From: Octopus sinensis
Taxonomy: Eukaryota
DNA length: 64,000 bases
Reading direction: 5' to 3'
Assembly (NCBI RefSeq): GCF_006345805.1
Contig: NC_042997.1
Coordinates: 120,156,001-120,220,000, forward strand
Positions within the stretch are counted from its first letter, which is position 1. Each line of letters begins with the position of its first letter. A program made the translations under genes and the position numbers. This document shows positions 1 to 13,053 of the stretch, piece after piece. The notes beneath the pieces were generated by a model, which had not been told where the DNA came from, ran no database searches, and saw only the letters and a list, made by a program, of their open reading frames with translations.

Positions 1-1182
1 AGAGTGAAAACTTGTGACAATGCTTATTAAACAACAGCAATCTCCAGTTAGCTTACCACATACTTCAAGATTTTCAAACTACAGACCTACTCAACACATA
101 ATAGATTTACATTAAAAATCAGGAGTGGACAGCAAATTTTATAACAAACATTTTTCCCTTAAGATTTGGAGAAGTAATGATTATAAGACCACTATGTAAA
201 TATGACAACACACGGCATGAATTAGTCTCGAACGAAATTAAACACACGACTGTTGATGCAAAAAAGTATAAACGTAATGCACAAATTTCCTGTTCTAGGT
301 GAAAGGCTTTCGTTGATAAAGAATCAGCAGCTCTCACAATCAGCACTGTATACAGACTATGAGACTATGAATAAACATCACGAAACGGTGATAACTGATT
401 CTCAAACATTGATGTTCATAGGAAACTGTAAAAATACCAAATGAAAGCATGGGCAAGGAAATTACTTCAACTCACGTAAAACGTACAACAGCAACGAGAT
501 TTCAATGGCGCAACATTGAAGAACTGGATGTGTTTTTATGCATGCTACGAATATGTAAGATCATTTTTTGTATCTATTTCATATATATTTCTATCTGTAG
601 ATAAGCAAATCCCGTGTACGTAGATATAGCTGTATGCACATCAGTGTGTGCATGTGTGTATGCATGTAATGCATGTCTGTATGTCTATATGAATATACAT
701 ATATATATTTATGTACATATATATGTGTGTGTGTGTTTGTGTGTGTGTATGTGTGCGATCTCTCTCTATATATATGTGTGTGTGTGTGGCTGTGTGTGTT
801 CGCGTGTATGTATATATGTGGATGTGGATATATGGGTATGTGTGTATGTATGTGTGTGATGTTTATATATATAGTTATGCATGCATACATATATATGTCT
901 GTGTGCGTTTGTGTGTGTATGTATACAGAGAGAAAAACGGGGCAGGGAGCGAGAGACATACAAATAAACAGATGAGTATATACAATCATGTAATTATCAA
1001 ATGTGTACTAAATGTACATAAGAAGGTAACGCTGATTTTGTGTACCGTGCGCATGCATATATAACGTATTTGCTTATAAACCTGTGTGTAAAATTATAAT
1101 AAACAAATATTGCTTGTTTGAGATAAATTTCTGTACCAGTGAGTACCCGAAAATAGACTTATCCACCACACTAGCCCGTCTG

Positions 1183-1222
<40 letters not shown>

Positions 1223-1633
1223 GTGTATATATATATATATATTGTGTGTGTGTGTGTGTGGTGTGTGTGTGGTGTGTGGTGGTGGTGTGTGTGTGTGTCT
1301 GTGTTAGAGGGGGTGATTAATATATATTAAAGGAAGTGGAAAACAAAAAAAGGTAGGACAAGCTTGTCAGATCATTAAAATTATTTAAATGATTTTAATG
1401 GGGTATCGAAGTAAGCAAAAGTAAGCATTAATGTTTTACAGTTGTTTCCGTGATATCCCCGATGATAGATCAAGGTATTGATCCAGATTTCCATACACGG
1501 GGTAGTCCTTCATCGGAGACAAGATACATATACAGAACATTTCAATGTTGACATGTAAATAGAAACCATGTTATAGAGAATTGCACGAAGATCAAGGCTC
1601 ATAGTTCATACTGTTCCGGATGGTATGGAGGTT

Positions 1634-1683
1634 TATCTATATTTCCGTGAAGGTGTGTATCCTTACGTATAATACATACATAG

Positions 1684-1722
<39 letters not shown>

Positions 1723-1800
1723 ACATATGTGTGTGTGTGTGTGTGTAAGTATGTATGTATTATACGTAAGGAGACACACCTTCACGGACATATGGATATA
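1634..1800. repeat. Fold-back inverted repeat enclosing (CA)n-CATATG-(TG)n
   Basis: CCGTGAAGGTGTGTATCCTTACGTATAATACATACAT (1645-1681) matches the reverse complement of 1751-1787 with one mismatch; looser pairing extends to about 1634/1800. Confidence 0.9.
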
Positions 1801-1867
1801 TAATATGTATATGATATACATTTATGTTTGTGTGTGTGTGTGTGCATATATTTATGTATGCATGTAT

Positions 1868-2311
1868 AAAGAGAGAGAAGAGAGAGAGAGAGAAGAAGAA
1901 GAAGGAGAAGAAGAAGAAGGAGAAGAAGAAGAAGAAAGAAGAAGAAGAAGAAAAGAGAGAAGAAGAAGAAGAAGAAAGAAGAAGAAGAAAGAAGAAGAAG
2001 AAGAAGAACAGAAGAGGAGAAGAAGAAGCAAGAAGAAGAAGAAGAACAGAACAAGACAAGAAAAGAACATGAACAAGAAAAAGAACATGAACAAGAAAAG
2101 AACATGAACAAGAACAAGAAAGAGATAGAGAAACAGAGAGAAATACACAGAAAGAGAGAGAGAGAAGAAGAAGAAGAAGAAGAAGAAGAAGAAGAAGAAG
2201 AAGAAAAAGAAGAAGAAGAAGAAGAAGAAGAAGAGAAGAAGAAAAAGAGAAGAAGAAGAAGAAGAAGGAGAAGAAAAAGAAGAAAGAGATAGAGAAACAG
2301 AGAGAAATACA
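1868..2311. repeat. Compound polypurine (GA)n/(GAA)n tract with three AAAAGAACATGAACAAG units and a duplicated ~30-bp AAAGAGATAGAGAAACAGAGAGAAATACAC motif
   Basis: Read directly; explains the poly-E/K/R and poly-S/F/L ORFs over it. Confidence 0.95.
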
Positions 2312-3101
2312 CCATTGCCTGCATTATTAATTGACGAAATGAATAAATAGCAAAACAAACCGATAACGAATATTTCCTGACTCGTATCGCAATATAATTA
2401 GCTTCCAACGGGAATATGTTTCACCTTCTTAATATAAACCGCAGAATATTGTCAGCTCAAAATGACCTACACGAAATTTCACAGACGTCCTATAAGCTAA
2501 CCTTGCCAGAAAAATATTTTATTTGCTTTCACTGATCTTAAACAAAGTCTGTGTCCACACAACTCTGACCATATTGGTTTATTACTACCGTCTGTAGCAG
2601 TCTCCATTTGTTTACCCAAATTCGTACAACAAACATACTGCTTCTTTTTGTTTTCACTTCTCATACACATTCCTTTTCTCTTCTTACTGCACCCAACTCG
2701 TTTTACAAAAGCCTATTAGAATTTAGTTTTAGCGATTCAAGTTTTCTGAACGAATTTTTTTCTTTTTAAAAGAGATTCTTATTTTTAGCTTGTTTCAATT
2801 TTCGTTTATTTCCCTGATTGTTTCTAACATGAATCTGGTTCAAATTTAACATTTCAATAATTATTTAAGGGAAACGTCATCACTAAAATAAAAATTGTTA
2901 TATTTCATATTCAAATAATTCTCGATTTGGATAACAATATAAAATTCTGGTTTTTCCATTTAGAATCAATGAAGAATGTTCTTGTGTATAGAAACTTATG
3001 CTCAGTTATATAGATGATTAACATTTAAGAATTTTAGCGAATACTGAGCATTTTAATAATTCTTAATTACAATTTCATGAACTGAAGAACGTTAGTATTA
3101 A

Positions 3102-3296
3102 TTATTACTTACGCCTTCGCCAAGGCGGACGTATTGTTTTCAGTCGTGTTTGTTTGTTTATCCGTGGAAAGATATCTCAAGAACCACTGGATGGATTGGG
3201 ATGAAACTTTCAGGGATGTTTGACCTTGTAATTAGCATGAACTGGTTAGATTTTGGAATTGATCCGCTAATGGACAAGGATTCTGGATTATTTGTT
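3102..3296 (+). mobile_element. Helentron-associated non-autonomous element (HINE/DINE-like), partial
   Basis: Starts TTATTACTTACGCCTTCGCCAAGGCG (CGCCTT/AAGGCG hairpin), then a GTTTGTTTGTTT microsatellite and GGATTGGGATGAAACTTTCAGGG, a layout typical of HINE-type elements. Confidence 0.6.
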
Positions 3297-4326
3297 ATAT
3301 TTACTTTACATGAAGTATTACGATCTCTGATTATCTCTCTTGAAAGCACGCTCATGAATTCTACGCATATTATGGCGGCGTTGCTGCTTCCAAAGTTTTA
3401 TTTTCGTTTCTCTATTATTAATTTTACTCGCCCCTCTATCTTAGAAGAGACTGATGTATAAAGACATCAAATTACAGAAACAAATGGCAGGAAAACCGCT
3501 CAGTAACTAAATAACATTAACATATTTACTAACAATAATAAATTTAATTCATCCTCGATAATTTTTAGTTTTTCCTATTTTGAATATATCGCTCCATTTT
3601 AAAACTCTTACCTGCTTGACACAGCTTCACAAACGATCCACCGCAACTGTTTGTACATCATCTCAAGATGGATCGGAACGATCGTAGTGAATAATAAAGA
3701 GTCTCGTGAATTCCGTATTCTTTCACTCATATTTTATGAACTTTACGGACACGAAGGAATCGCTTAACTTAATCCAGTGGCAGTTGCAGCCATACTGTTG
3801 ACGACATAAATAAGCCGAATATAGTAAACGGGCTTTAAAGCGCATACTGCAATGTGTATCATATATATATATATATGCACACACACATGCGCACACACAC
3901 ACGCGCACACACACACCCATCCACGCACATATATATAAGTGTGTCCCTTCTTCGTGACACGACGTATTTGTCATTACTATGGCCAGTCAGTAGCCAAAGA
4001 AACAGATTTCAACTCAGAAATAACTACTCATACCATCAGTATTTATATATATATATATATATATTTATATGTATATACATATATATATATATATATACAC
4101 ACACACACGTATATATATCGGATCTCCATGAATCGAACTTTCTTCAATGCAGCTAATCTTACAACTTCTTTTGTATCTACCCCTTTTGATGTTTGGGAAT
4201 TCTCTGATGTTTTTTCGGCTGACGAGTACGAGCCATCTGTATTCACTGCATTTTTTGTAGCTTATTAAAGATGTCCTCGTACGAAACGATCGTACCGAGA
4301 TTTTAATCCATTCTTGTTGCTTTTTT

Positions 4327-4370
<44 letters not shown>

Positions 4371-4730
4371 TACACGGTATTTTTCCTTGGACCTCCCGAT
4401 ACTATTATTTTATTATCATCGGCGGATTAATTTACATAAGATCATATACTACATGGACAAGCAAATATAAAGCTGTAGTACCCACAGAATATGCAAATGA
4501 TCTCAAGATCAGTTCTTAAGCTAGAATTGTGTAGACAATTAATGTCTCTCGATTTGTATTATATACACCGTCTACTTCTACTATTTTTACTAAATACAAC
4601 GAACGCAATCACACAAACGCGCAGATATATCTACCACTTACAAATATATCAATATAAACTCTGCAGCATCTCTTACATCATATCAGCTATATCTAGTGCA
4701 TAGTGTATAATACTGGTCTATCCACTGAAT

Positions 4731-4859
4731 ATGGCCATTAATATTCTAAAACGTCATTGGCTAGAGAACGAAATTAGTGCACTGATAGACGCTTGGTATG
4801 CTCAGCTCAACGATAACGTAACCGCTAATGTTGACAGTAAAATCACCGAAAAATTCGCT

Positions 4860-4902
<43 letters not shown>

Positions 4903-4983
4903 TGTGAGTGTAGTGAGAACAGCGGAGATCCATTTTCTCGATATTCGAAGTGTTTTTAACTTGGCTCTATTTTTCTATCGAAG
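4731..4983 (+). pseudogene. Possible Myb/SANT-like (trihelix-type) domain fragment interrupted by (TA)18
   Basis: ATG 4731 reads MAINILKRHWLENEISALIDAWYAQL...KITEKFASL; after the (TA)n, a shifted frame reads AVSVVRTAE; AAG|GTGAGT donor-like site at 4983/4984. The motif resemblance is by eye only. Confidence 0.3.
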
Positions 4984-5443
4984 GTGAGTGGGATTTAACC
5001 TCCATATTTTAGCAATTTATTCGGTATGAGAGGATAATAACTCACTCAGTAACCGTTTTAACATAATATGATATTCGAAATAACTATTTCTATAGAGCAG
5101 TGCAATTATTTCACAATAATATTCATATTTATATGCTATTGAAACACTTTTCTGACGAAGCTTATCACTTACTTCATATCATCAGTTCAAGTTTTACCTT
5201 TATTAATGCTGATGCAATATAAAATATTATATAATATATATATATATGTGTGTGTGTGGTGTGTGTGTGTGTGTGTGTGTATTTGTATGTATGTATATTT
5301 ATATTTATCTGCCAACTTGATTTCAAGATAAAAAGTTAAAAATGTGACCATATTTTCATTGGCATGTAATATGTTAAGTATTTTAAGAAAACGGCCATAA
5401 TAAAATCCACACACATTGTGTAAGTAAATGTGATCACCCTAGC

Positions 5444-5476
<33 letters not shown>

Positions 5477-5553
5477 GTGTATATAAGTACATATATAAAT
5501 ATACACACACACACACATATATATAACATATATATACACACATATATATACAA

Positions 5554-5620
<67 letters not shown>

Positions 5621-6573
5621 TATATATCTGTATATATATACCAGACGAAATCGTATGATCAGTTGATATACGTAGATATACTATGAGTAAACTAATAGAT
5701 CATTCAATAACCTAATGCTGTTTGATTTTGCAGTGGAACTTCGCTGACATATTCGAATTTCAACATTAGAAATATAATTTTTTTAATCAATTTATGTTAT
5801 CCACTGATATGGAATCCGCAACGTCGGTTAATCAATATTCGATTTGCTTCATAGAAACACGAAATGAGAAGCTGTCAGGAATGCAGAAGAAGAAAAAAGT
5901 ATTATGTATGGTAAAGGAATGAAATAGAGGGTGCATAATACAAATTACGCGGTATCTTACGTATTAATAATCAGGCGTTATGAAAACAGAAAAGATCGAT
6001 ATACTTATATCTGATGCATTGATTATTTCACCCTTTGATCATACGAAAATAGATTTCTCAAAAACACTTGGTAACACATATATATATATAAATATAAACA
6101 TAAAATCAAACCAATATTGATAAAGATAAGAACCTAATCGCTGTTTAAAAGTGATATCGATGTGTGCAGGGAGTCCAGATTCATAGGAATTATAGATTAA
6201 AATAAAAGCTGTAACTATTGAATATTAATATCAATTCCGATGTATATATGCGTTTGGATTCTTACAACTATTGGTGTTTTTAAAATATTTTAAAATCAAC
6301 AATGTTAAATATATTTTTACCTTGTATATATGTTTATGTCATCGTGCATCCCTCGCTCTTGCAATTCTTGCTTGTGACATATGTGTGTGTGTGTGTATAC
6401 ACTCATACATGCAGATATATGTGTGAGCGTGTATATATACGTATATATATATTAATATATATATGTATATATATTATATATATATATATATATATACACA
6501 CACAAAGAGAGTGACAGAGAGAGTGAGTGAGATATTATATATATATATATATATGTATATACATCCATAATAT

Positions 6574-6755
6574 AAAGGGTAAAATTAATTAATTAATTAA
6601 TAATTAATAAATTTACCAAGTAGTTGAGTATGTTAAAAGAATCATTATCAGTAATCTTGTACATAAAAGTTTATAATTATAAGTATAATTATAATCAGGG
6701 TTCAGCAAAAATTATCGAAATTTAGAAATCGCAGTTAAACTAACTATTTCACTAC
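6574..6755 (+). repeat. Unclassified interspersed repeat (second copy at 47169-47365)
   Basis: Shares AAAGGGTAAAATTAATTAAT...CCAAGTA...AGTATGTTAAAA and TTCAGCAAAA...CGAAATTTAGAAAT.GCAGTTAAA with 47169-47365. Confidence 0.7.
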
Positions 6756-6938
6756 TATGAAAAAATCTCCCAGATAGCAATACTCATTCTTTCTTTCCTT
6801 TCCTGATCGCCCAATAAAACTATACTTGTTCCACGTACTCGCGTTGTTGTGTTTTTCTCTTTGTTCATGCTTGGATTAACTTTATATACATACATACATA
6901 CATGCATAGATATATATATGTGTGTGTGTGTGTGTGTG

Positions 6939-7014
<76 letters not shown>

Positions 7015-8486
7015 TGTGCAAATAGAAGAAGACAGTGTATATATAAAATTTGATGTCTGCAAATAAATTTCGTTCATCAGATCTCCACAGCGAGCTCTTG
7101 AAATGATTGCCCCCACATACCTCTTCCAGTTAGTATGTAAAACACTGCGTTGCGCTGAAGTAAAATTACGCTGTACCTTTTTTTATAATTTAAACCTGTC
7201 AGTAAATTCCTGAGAATCGTTGTAACATCCGGCAATAAGTATTGTAATAATGATCCGGTTGGTAGACTTTGTTTTGAGTTCAGATCCATCCTACCTCAGC
7301 TCCCCAGCAATATAATTGGACAGAATAATAAGGATGGGTGTGGCGGAGAATCTAGTTTAATATCGGCAGTGTTCAAAAACCTTTTAATTTTCTGTAGTGA
7401 AATTCCTCCATTTGAATTCGAGTCATTCGTTATACAAATCATTAGGATTAGACGTTTTCATCTCCGTTTAATCGAGATCACTGCGAATTTCTACTCGTAT
7501 GAATTGCGATGACTTTTCGATTGTGGTTCCACAATATCTAGTGGAATAGACCTCAAGAATAATTATCTCTATAATTCTGGCGATTGTGCCAAGACTACAG
7601 CTTTGCAATTTCGAGAAATATTTACCATTAGTCCGTTCGTACATGTAGTATGTTCTGAATGAGAATAGTTAATACATTTGAATCATTCTATCAAAATTTT
7701 GAGTCCAAAGTTCCCTCTATTTCTAATAAGAATATAATCCGAAGTATAACTATAGAAGGCAAATGTCGACATATTACGTTTGTCCGGGCAAAGTAATTTA
7801 CTTCATTGCATGGTGTAAAAATATTAAGGACTACACATATTCTAAGCACAGATCCTTGACATGTTGTAGATCATGTTTTAACATAGAGCTAATAGTGATA
7901 TCTACAATATAACCCTATAATAACCCTCCACGGAAAATAATTTACTCATATAGTATATGCAGTCTTTGAACAATTGGAAATGTCCCATCTTCATCAGGAT
8001 CAAGGAAACACACCAATCACCACAATCTACAACACATTCAAATGAGTTCGACTTTTCTCACCATAAGTGCAAAACATTATCATTTGTCTGTACGGGAGAT
8101 GGCGCATATTTAAAATGAAACCACAAAATAAGTGCTTCCGACGTAGTCTCCTATTAGCGTAACGTTAATTAAAGTTCAAATTCCATTGAATTTACATGGG
8201 AGGAAAACTAAACAACATACTAATTTTACCTCATACACTTTAACAAACTAGAGTTATCTGATAAGTTAGAAATTCCAGGACTAAATTCTCAATCGTGGGC
8301 GGCTACATTTCCAAATGGTTTTCCAGGCGATGTTGGCCGCATAGCATCATATATCGGTCGATGACACTATTTCGAAACAATAAAACCGGTTAAGTTAGCA
8401 TAAATATGTCTTCAAGGCTCAAAATTATACTTTCAGCTTCATTCGATTATAATGGAATGTGCGTGAAGATGTACGAATATATTTCC

Positions 8487-8905
8487 TTTTATTTGATTCA
8501 TGAATTTGACTGCGGCCATGCTGGTGCACGGCCTTTAGTCAAACAAATCGAGCCCAGGACTTATTCTTTGCAAGCCTAGTACTTATTTTATCGGTGTCTT
8601 AAACCGAACCGCTAAGTTACGGGGGACGTAAACACACCAACATAGGTTGTCCAGCAATGGTGGGCGGACAAATAGTTACACAAATATATACATACATGCA
8701 TACATATATATATATATATAACTTGAACCGGGTTCAGCTCAGGAGCTGTGGCCATGCTGGGGCATCGTCATTTAGTTAACCAGTTCCAACGACTGGCTTC
8801 TTTCAGTTTCCGTTTACTAAATTCAATCAAAAGGCTTTGTTTCGCCCTAGATTATAGCAGAAACACTTCATCACGATTTCACAAAGTGGGACTGAACCCA
8901 GAACA
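8487..8905 (-). mobile_element. tRNA-headed SINE, family A (diverged; extra fragment nested at ~8722-8790)
   Basis: Colinear with 22353-22727 and 37384-37768; B-box-like GGTTCAGTCCC on the minus strand. Confidence 0.85.
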
Positions 8906-8937
8906 AGCGATTCCTATACATATCTGTGTGTGTGTGT

Positions 8938-8971
<34 letters not shown>

Positions 8972-9222
8972 TATGCACGCTTATATATATGTATACACAC
9001 ACACGCACACACACTGTAGAGTGAATCAGACGAAACGTTATGGTAACAACAAGCAAGTTGAGGATACATATCCGTCCAATGTAATAATGTAAATAATGTA
9101 TATGCAGGAATATTTTGCATTAGTGATTTTCAAATAAAAATTTGTGAATATCTAGTGATAATTTATAGCTTCAGAATATAAAAAATCGGAGATTAATATT
9201 AGTCTGCGTTTATCACTAAATT

Positions 9223-9434
9223 ATTTTCTACTCTAGGTACAAGTTCCGAAATTTTGGGTTGGGGGAACAGTAGATTACATCGTCCCCAGTACTGAAATGG
9301 TACTTAATTTATCGATCCTGAAAGGATGAAAGGCAAATTCGACGTCGGTGGGATTTGAACTCAGAATATAATGACAGACGAAATACCGCTAAGCATTTAG
9401 CCCGGCGTGCTAACGTTCTTACTATTCCGTTGCC
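9223..9434 (-). mobile_element. tRNA-headed SINE, family B, with 14-bp TSD
   Basis: B box GAGTTCAAATCCC and core TTTGCCTTTCATCCTTTCAGGATCGATAAATTAAGTACCA on minus; TTTATCACTAAATT duplicated at 9209-9222 and 9435-9448. Confidence 0.9.
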
Positions 9435-12400
9435 TTTATCACTAAATTGAAAGCCCTATGATGAAAATGAAGCACACAATTTTAAAAGATAAATCATAGA
9501 TTTAAACTAATTAATAATAGATATCTTATTATTCTTCAGTGTTTCATTGAAACATTTACCGAAAATTAAACTGAATACTATACATCTCGAGACTTCATTA
9601 TAGGTATTGATGTTCCGTCATAAATGTGAATGATGGAGAGATGTAATTGCTGTTTCGGCAAATGTGGGTGACGGGATAAATGAATTGAAAGGGCTGAGGA
9701 CGTTATTATGAATACAAGCAAGAAATTTCCTTTATATTTATATAAGAATAAGCTACCTGTTTCAAATCTTTAAACTAATTTAGTCATGCTCTTATTGATT
9801 GAAAATTAAATTGAAACAAATTTATTTTTCACGACATCAGTTTTGGAAATTCACGTGTTCTTTTACAAAATTTATTGTGTTGGTCATTCTTCTTCTAATA
9901 GCTTCTGGATAGCAAGCCTACACACATTTCTGTCTCGTACATTTTCAGTAAACATATTAGCAGCCAACTAAGCTACAGTTCTAATTGTACATGATGTGAA
10001 TAGAAGACAACTGATGATTTTGTAGTGCAACGCGATGATGTTTAAATGAGCATAAACGTATTCGGTAGAAAAATTAACTGTTAGAAGTGCAACCTCAGCA
10101 TTTATAAATTATGGCAATGCTATAATTAATTACACAAAAGGCAGGCATGGACAGTAGATTCTCAATAGTTGTGAAACTAAATACAATTGTACAGGCACAG
10201 CATTACACATATAAGAATTTTATCTGTGATTTACCTGTAAATAAATGTATCGTAATGTTCCCGGCAGGACATTATTTTTTTTATATTGGAGCATTAACTA
10301 ATGAAAATGTCGCATTACTAATGCTGTACAATGACAGTTCTCTTTCATATACAAAAGAAAACTTATTAAAGTAACTGTAATGAATTGTTTCATTTATAAA
10401 TACATGCGTGATTGATACATTTATTGTATTATGGATTATCTCTCTCCGCTGCATTGCATTTCCTTAAATTCTGAAAGCGAATCACGAAGACAATTATATT
10501 GTATCCGTCTGACAGAGTAAACATATATTTGTTCGTGTAGTTGCGTGCTTCAGTGTATCCGTGTATTTGTCACAGTGAATGAGTGTATGAGAGCGAGGAA
10601 AGATGGTTGCTAATATCAGTTTACTATATGTGCATGCTTATGAAACGAAGCTTATAAATTGACAATGACATGCTATAGACAAACAGGTAATAATGTTAAA
10701 GAAAATATCTGATGCTCTCAATATTAGCTGTAAAATATATTGGTCAGTATACTGAGTGAACATCTTTCAAGCAATACCGTTGTGATTACCTATCTCTGTC
10801 ATTATGTTTCTAATGGTGTAATATTCGGTGTACCTTCTACTGTCTCCCTATATATACTGTACTAGAGTCGATAACGTATATAACAGAGTCTAATGCAGTG
10901 AAGTGTATAGTCACGAGAGTAATAATCTAAATAATGACGTATGTCTAGAAAACAAAGACTTATTAGATTTCCAACGTGCCGTATGCGATAGTAGTTTTTG
11001 TTGCAACTAAATCATTCAAAGTTCACTGGTTGAGCTTGATTTGACGCTTCCGACACGCTACATGAAACGTTAAGTTTAGAAAATGTACCCGCATGCCATT
11101 AAATACGAGATATTTCCATCATTTTACGCATGAGAAACGCCCATAATCTGAAAATTCTACGGTGCTGTATATGTAAAAGACGGTTATAAATTGTAAAATA
11201 TCAAAAGTAATTATTGACACATGTCAAATAAACAATAAGCGTTAAAGCCTAACTATGTTATAGTTTCTGTTTTATGACATGAATAATAGGCATAAATAGA
11301 AATAAAACTTAGCCTCGAATATCATACTTGCATTGCAAAGTATACGACCAGAAAGCATAAAGTTTACTTCAAAGGAATTATGTTAAAGTACATTAAGTAT
11401 GATTTTCTGATCGATATATTACATTTAAATACACTATAATCACAGGTACGTATATATGTTACTAAACCAACACTTCCATAAATGCAGTGTGTAGTCGGAT
11501 ATATCCTAAAATCATTGATTCTTGTTTCTAGGCAAAAAGATAGTCATGGAAATTTGACGTCGAACATAATGTAACCGGCATATGTTAAATGCATGATAAA
11601 AATGATGTTAGTAATGTTGGTGGTGATGATGATGATGGGATAATGGTCATGGTGATGATGTTGATAATCATGATCATGGTGATGCTGGTAGGGACGATGA
11701 GAACGAGGAACTATGCGACTGATGACGATTTTTCCCGGTAATATTCAATGCAACAGAAGTAATGTTACCGGTGTTAACATGTTTAGGCCATTCAATTTCT
11801 GCGTAACATTACATACGAGACACATGCATAAATGGCGGCACATAACACACCACGCATTCGTGTTTACGTAGAAAACTGCGTGACTTTTATTTATTCAGTA
11901 TTATATCGACAAAATACATGAAGCAAGGAAACTGATAAGCCTAAAGAACATTTCTCGTGAAGGAATTCCTGATTACTATGTTTTTTATATATTACAAGTC
12001 ATCTATTTAACCTGTTTCTATATGGAAATTTATCGATGATAATTATGGAAGTACACACCGTGAGTTCAAAATTTCAAAGCAAAGTAATAGTAAGTAATAT
12101 ATTTCCAAGAGTCAAGATCAATAAATGTAAGGAAGCAAATGTTTAATTATAAAAGAAAATAATTTTATAATATTTTTGTATAGACCTGTTAACCTCAGGC
12201 GTAGTTAGATCATAATGTAGTAAGCTGGTTTCTAACTCAGTGAACTTATGCATATGTAACACGAATATCTTCAATAGTATTTTCGTAAAATTGATACAGT
12301 GTTGTATAACATTGCATCGGTTTACAAAGTAAAGCTTCAGCAAGATACTAACCGTAATGTAGCAAGTACTTGTGTTATTACATTTAGAGAAATGGGAGAT

Positions 12401-12499
12401 TTTGTATTAGGATTCTTCATCTGTTTTAAAAACTATGTAGGCAGCAACGGTATTGATTCTACTGCAGGTCATCGTACCGCCTTATAGTGAACTAAAATA

Positions 12500-13053
12500 C
12501 GAGGGTGAGTCAAAAAGTAATGTCATTTTGTTGAGGGCAAGTATAATTACTAACATAGTTACATGTATCATACATCGAATTCTGTGAATTACATCCCTAC
12601 TTCTCAAGATAGTCACCGTTTCTCTTAATAGCAATGTTCCACCTTCGAATGAGAACATGTATCCCTGCCCTGTAAAATTCTGTTGACTGTTCTTTGAGCC
12701 ACTTCTTCACTACAGTTTTCACTTCCTCGTCACTGGCCTATCATATCCACTGGACTATCATCTCTTCGGCCCCATGAAAGAGGGGTTGAAAGGCAAACAT
12801 TATTCCAGTAACGAGGAAGTGAAAACTGTAGTGGAGAAGTGGCTCAAATAACAGCAAACAGAATTTTACGAGGCAGGGATACATGCTCTCCTTCGAAGTT
12901 GGAACATTGCTATTAAGAAAAGCGGTAAGTATGTTGTGAAGTAGAGATGTGATCCACAGAGGACCAGCTTCATTTTGATGTATGAGACATGTTCCTGTGT
13001 TGGTAATTATACTTGTCCTAAACAAAATGACATTACATTTTGAATCATCCTCC
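12500..13053. mobile_element. Mariner-derived fold-back MITE made of two inverted transposase 3' ends
   Basis: TA flanks at 12498-99 and 13054-55; TIRs CGAGGGTGAGTCAAAAAGTAATGTCATTTTGTT; the right arm encodes DYHLFGPMKEGLKGKHYSSNEEVKTVVEKWLK*...KYVVK*; the left arm (~12610-12735) is its reverse complement. Confidence 0.9.

Noticed and set aside
591-2408. Long ORFs rich in YI, CV, HT, E/K/R or S/F/L (also at 28340-30553, 36050-39390, 55432-55789 and 61606-61940)
   Set aside because: Translations of microsatellites, which lack stop codons; not genes.
4120-4270. Protein-like minus-strand stretch (SAEKTSENSQTSKG...LKKVRF)
   Set aside because: Upstream in-frame stops, weak splice sites and no family match.
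7021-8130. Higher-complexity island with membrane-protein-like minus-strand peptides (ATPILIILSNYIAGELR, STNRIIITILIAGCY)
   Set aside because: Frequent stops in every frame and no diagnostic motif; a translated HMM search would be needed.
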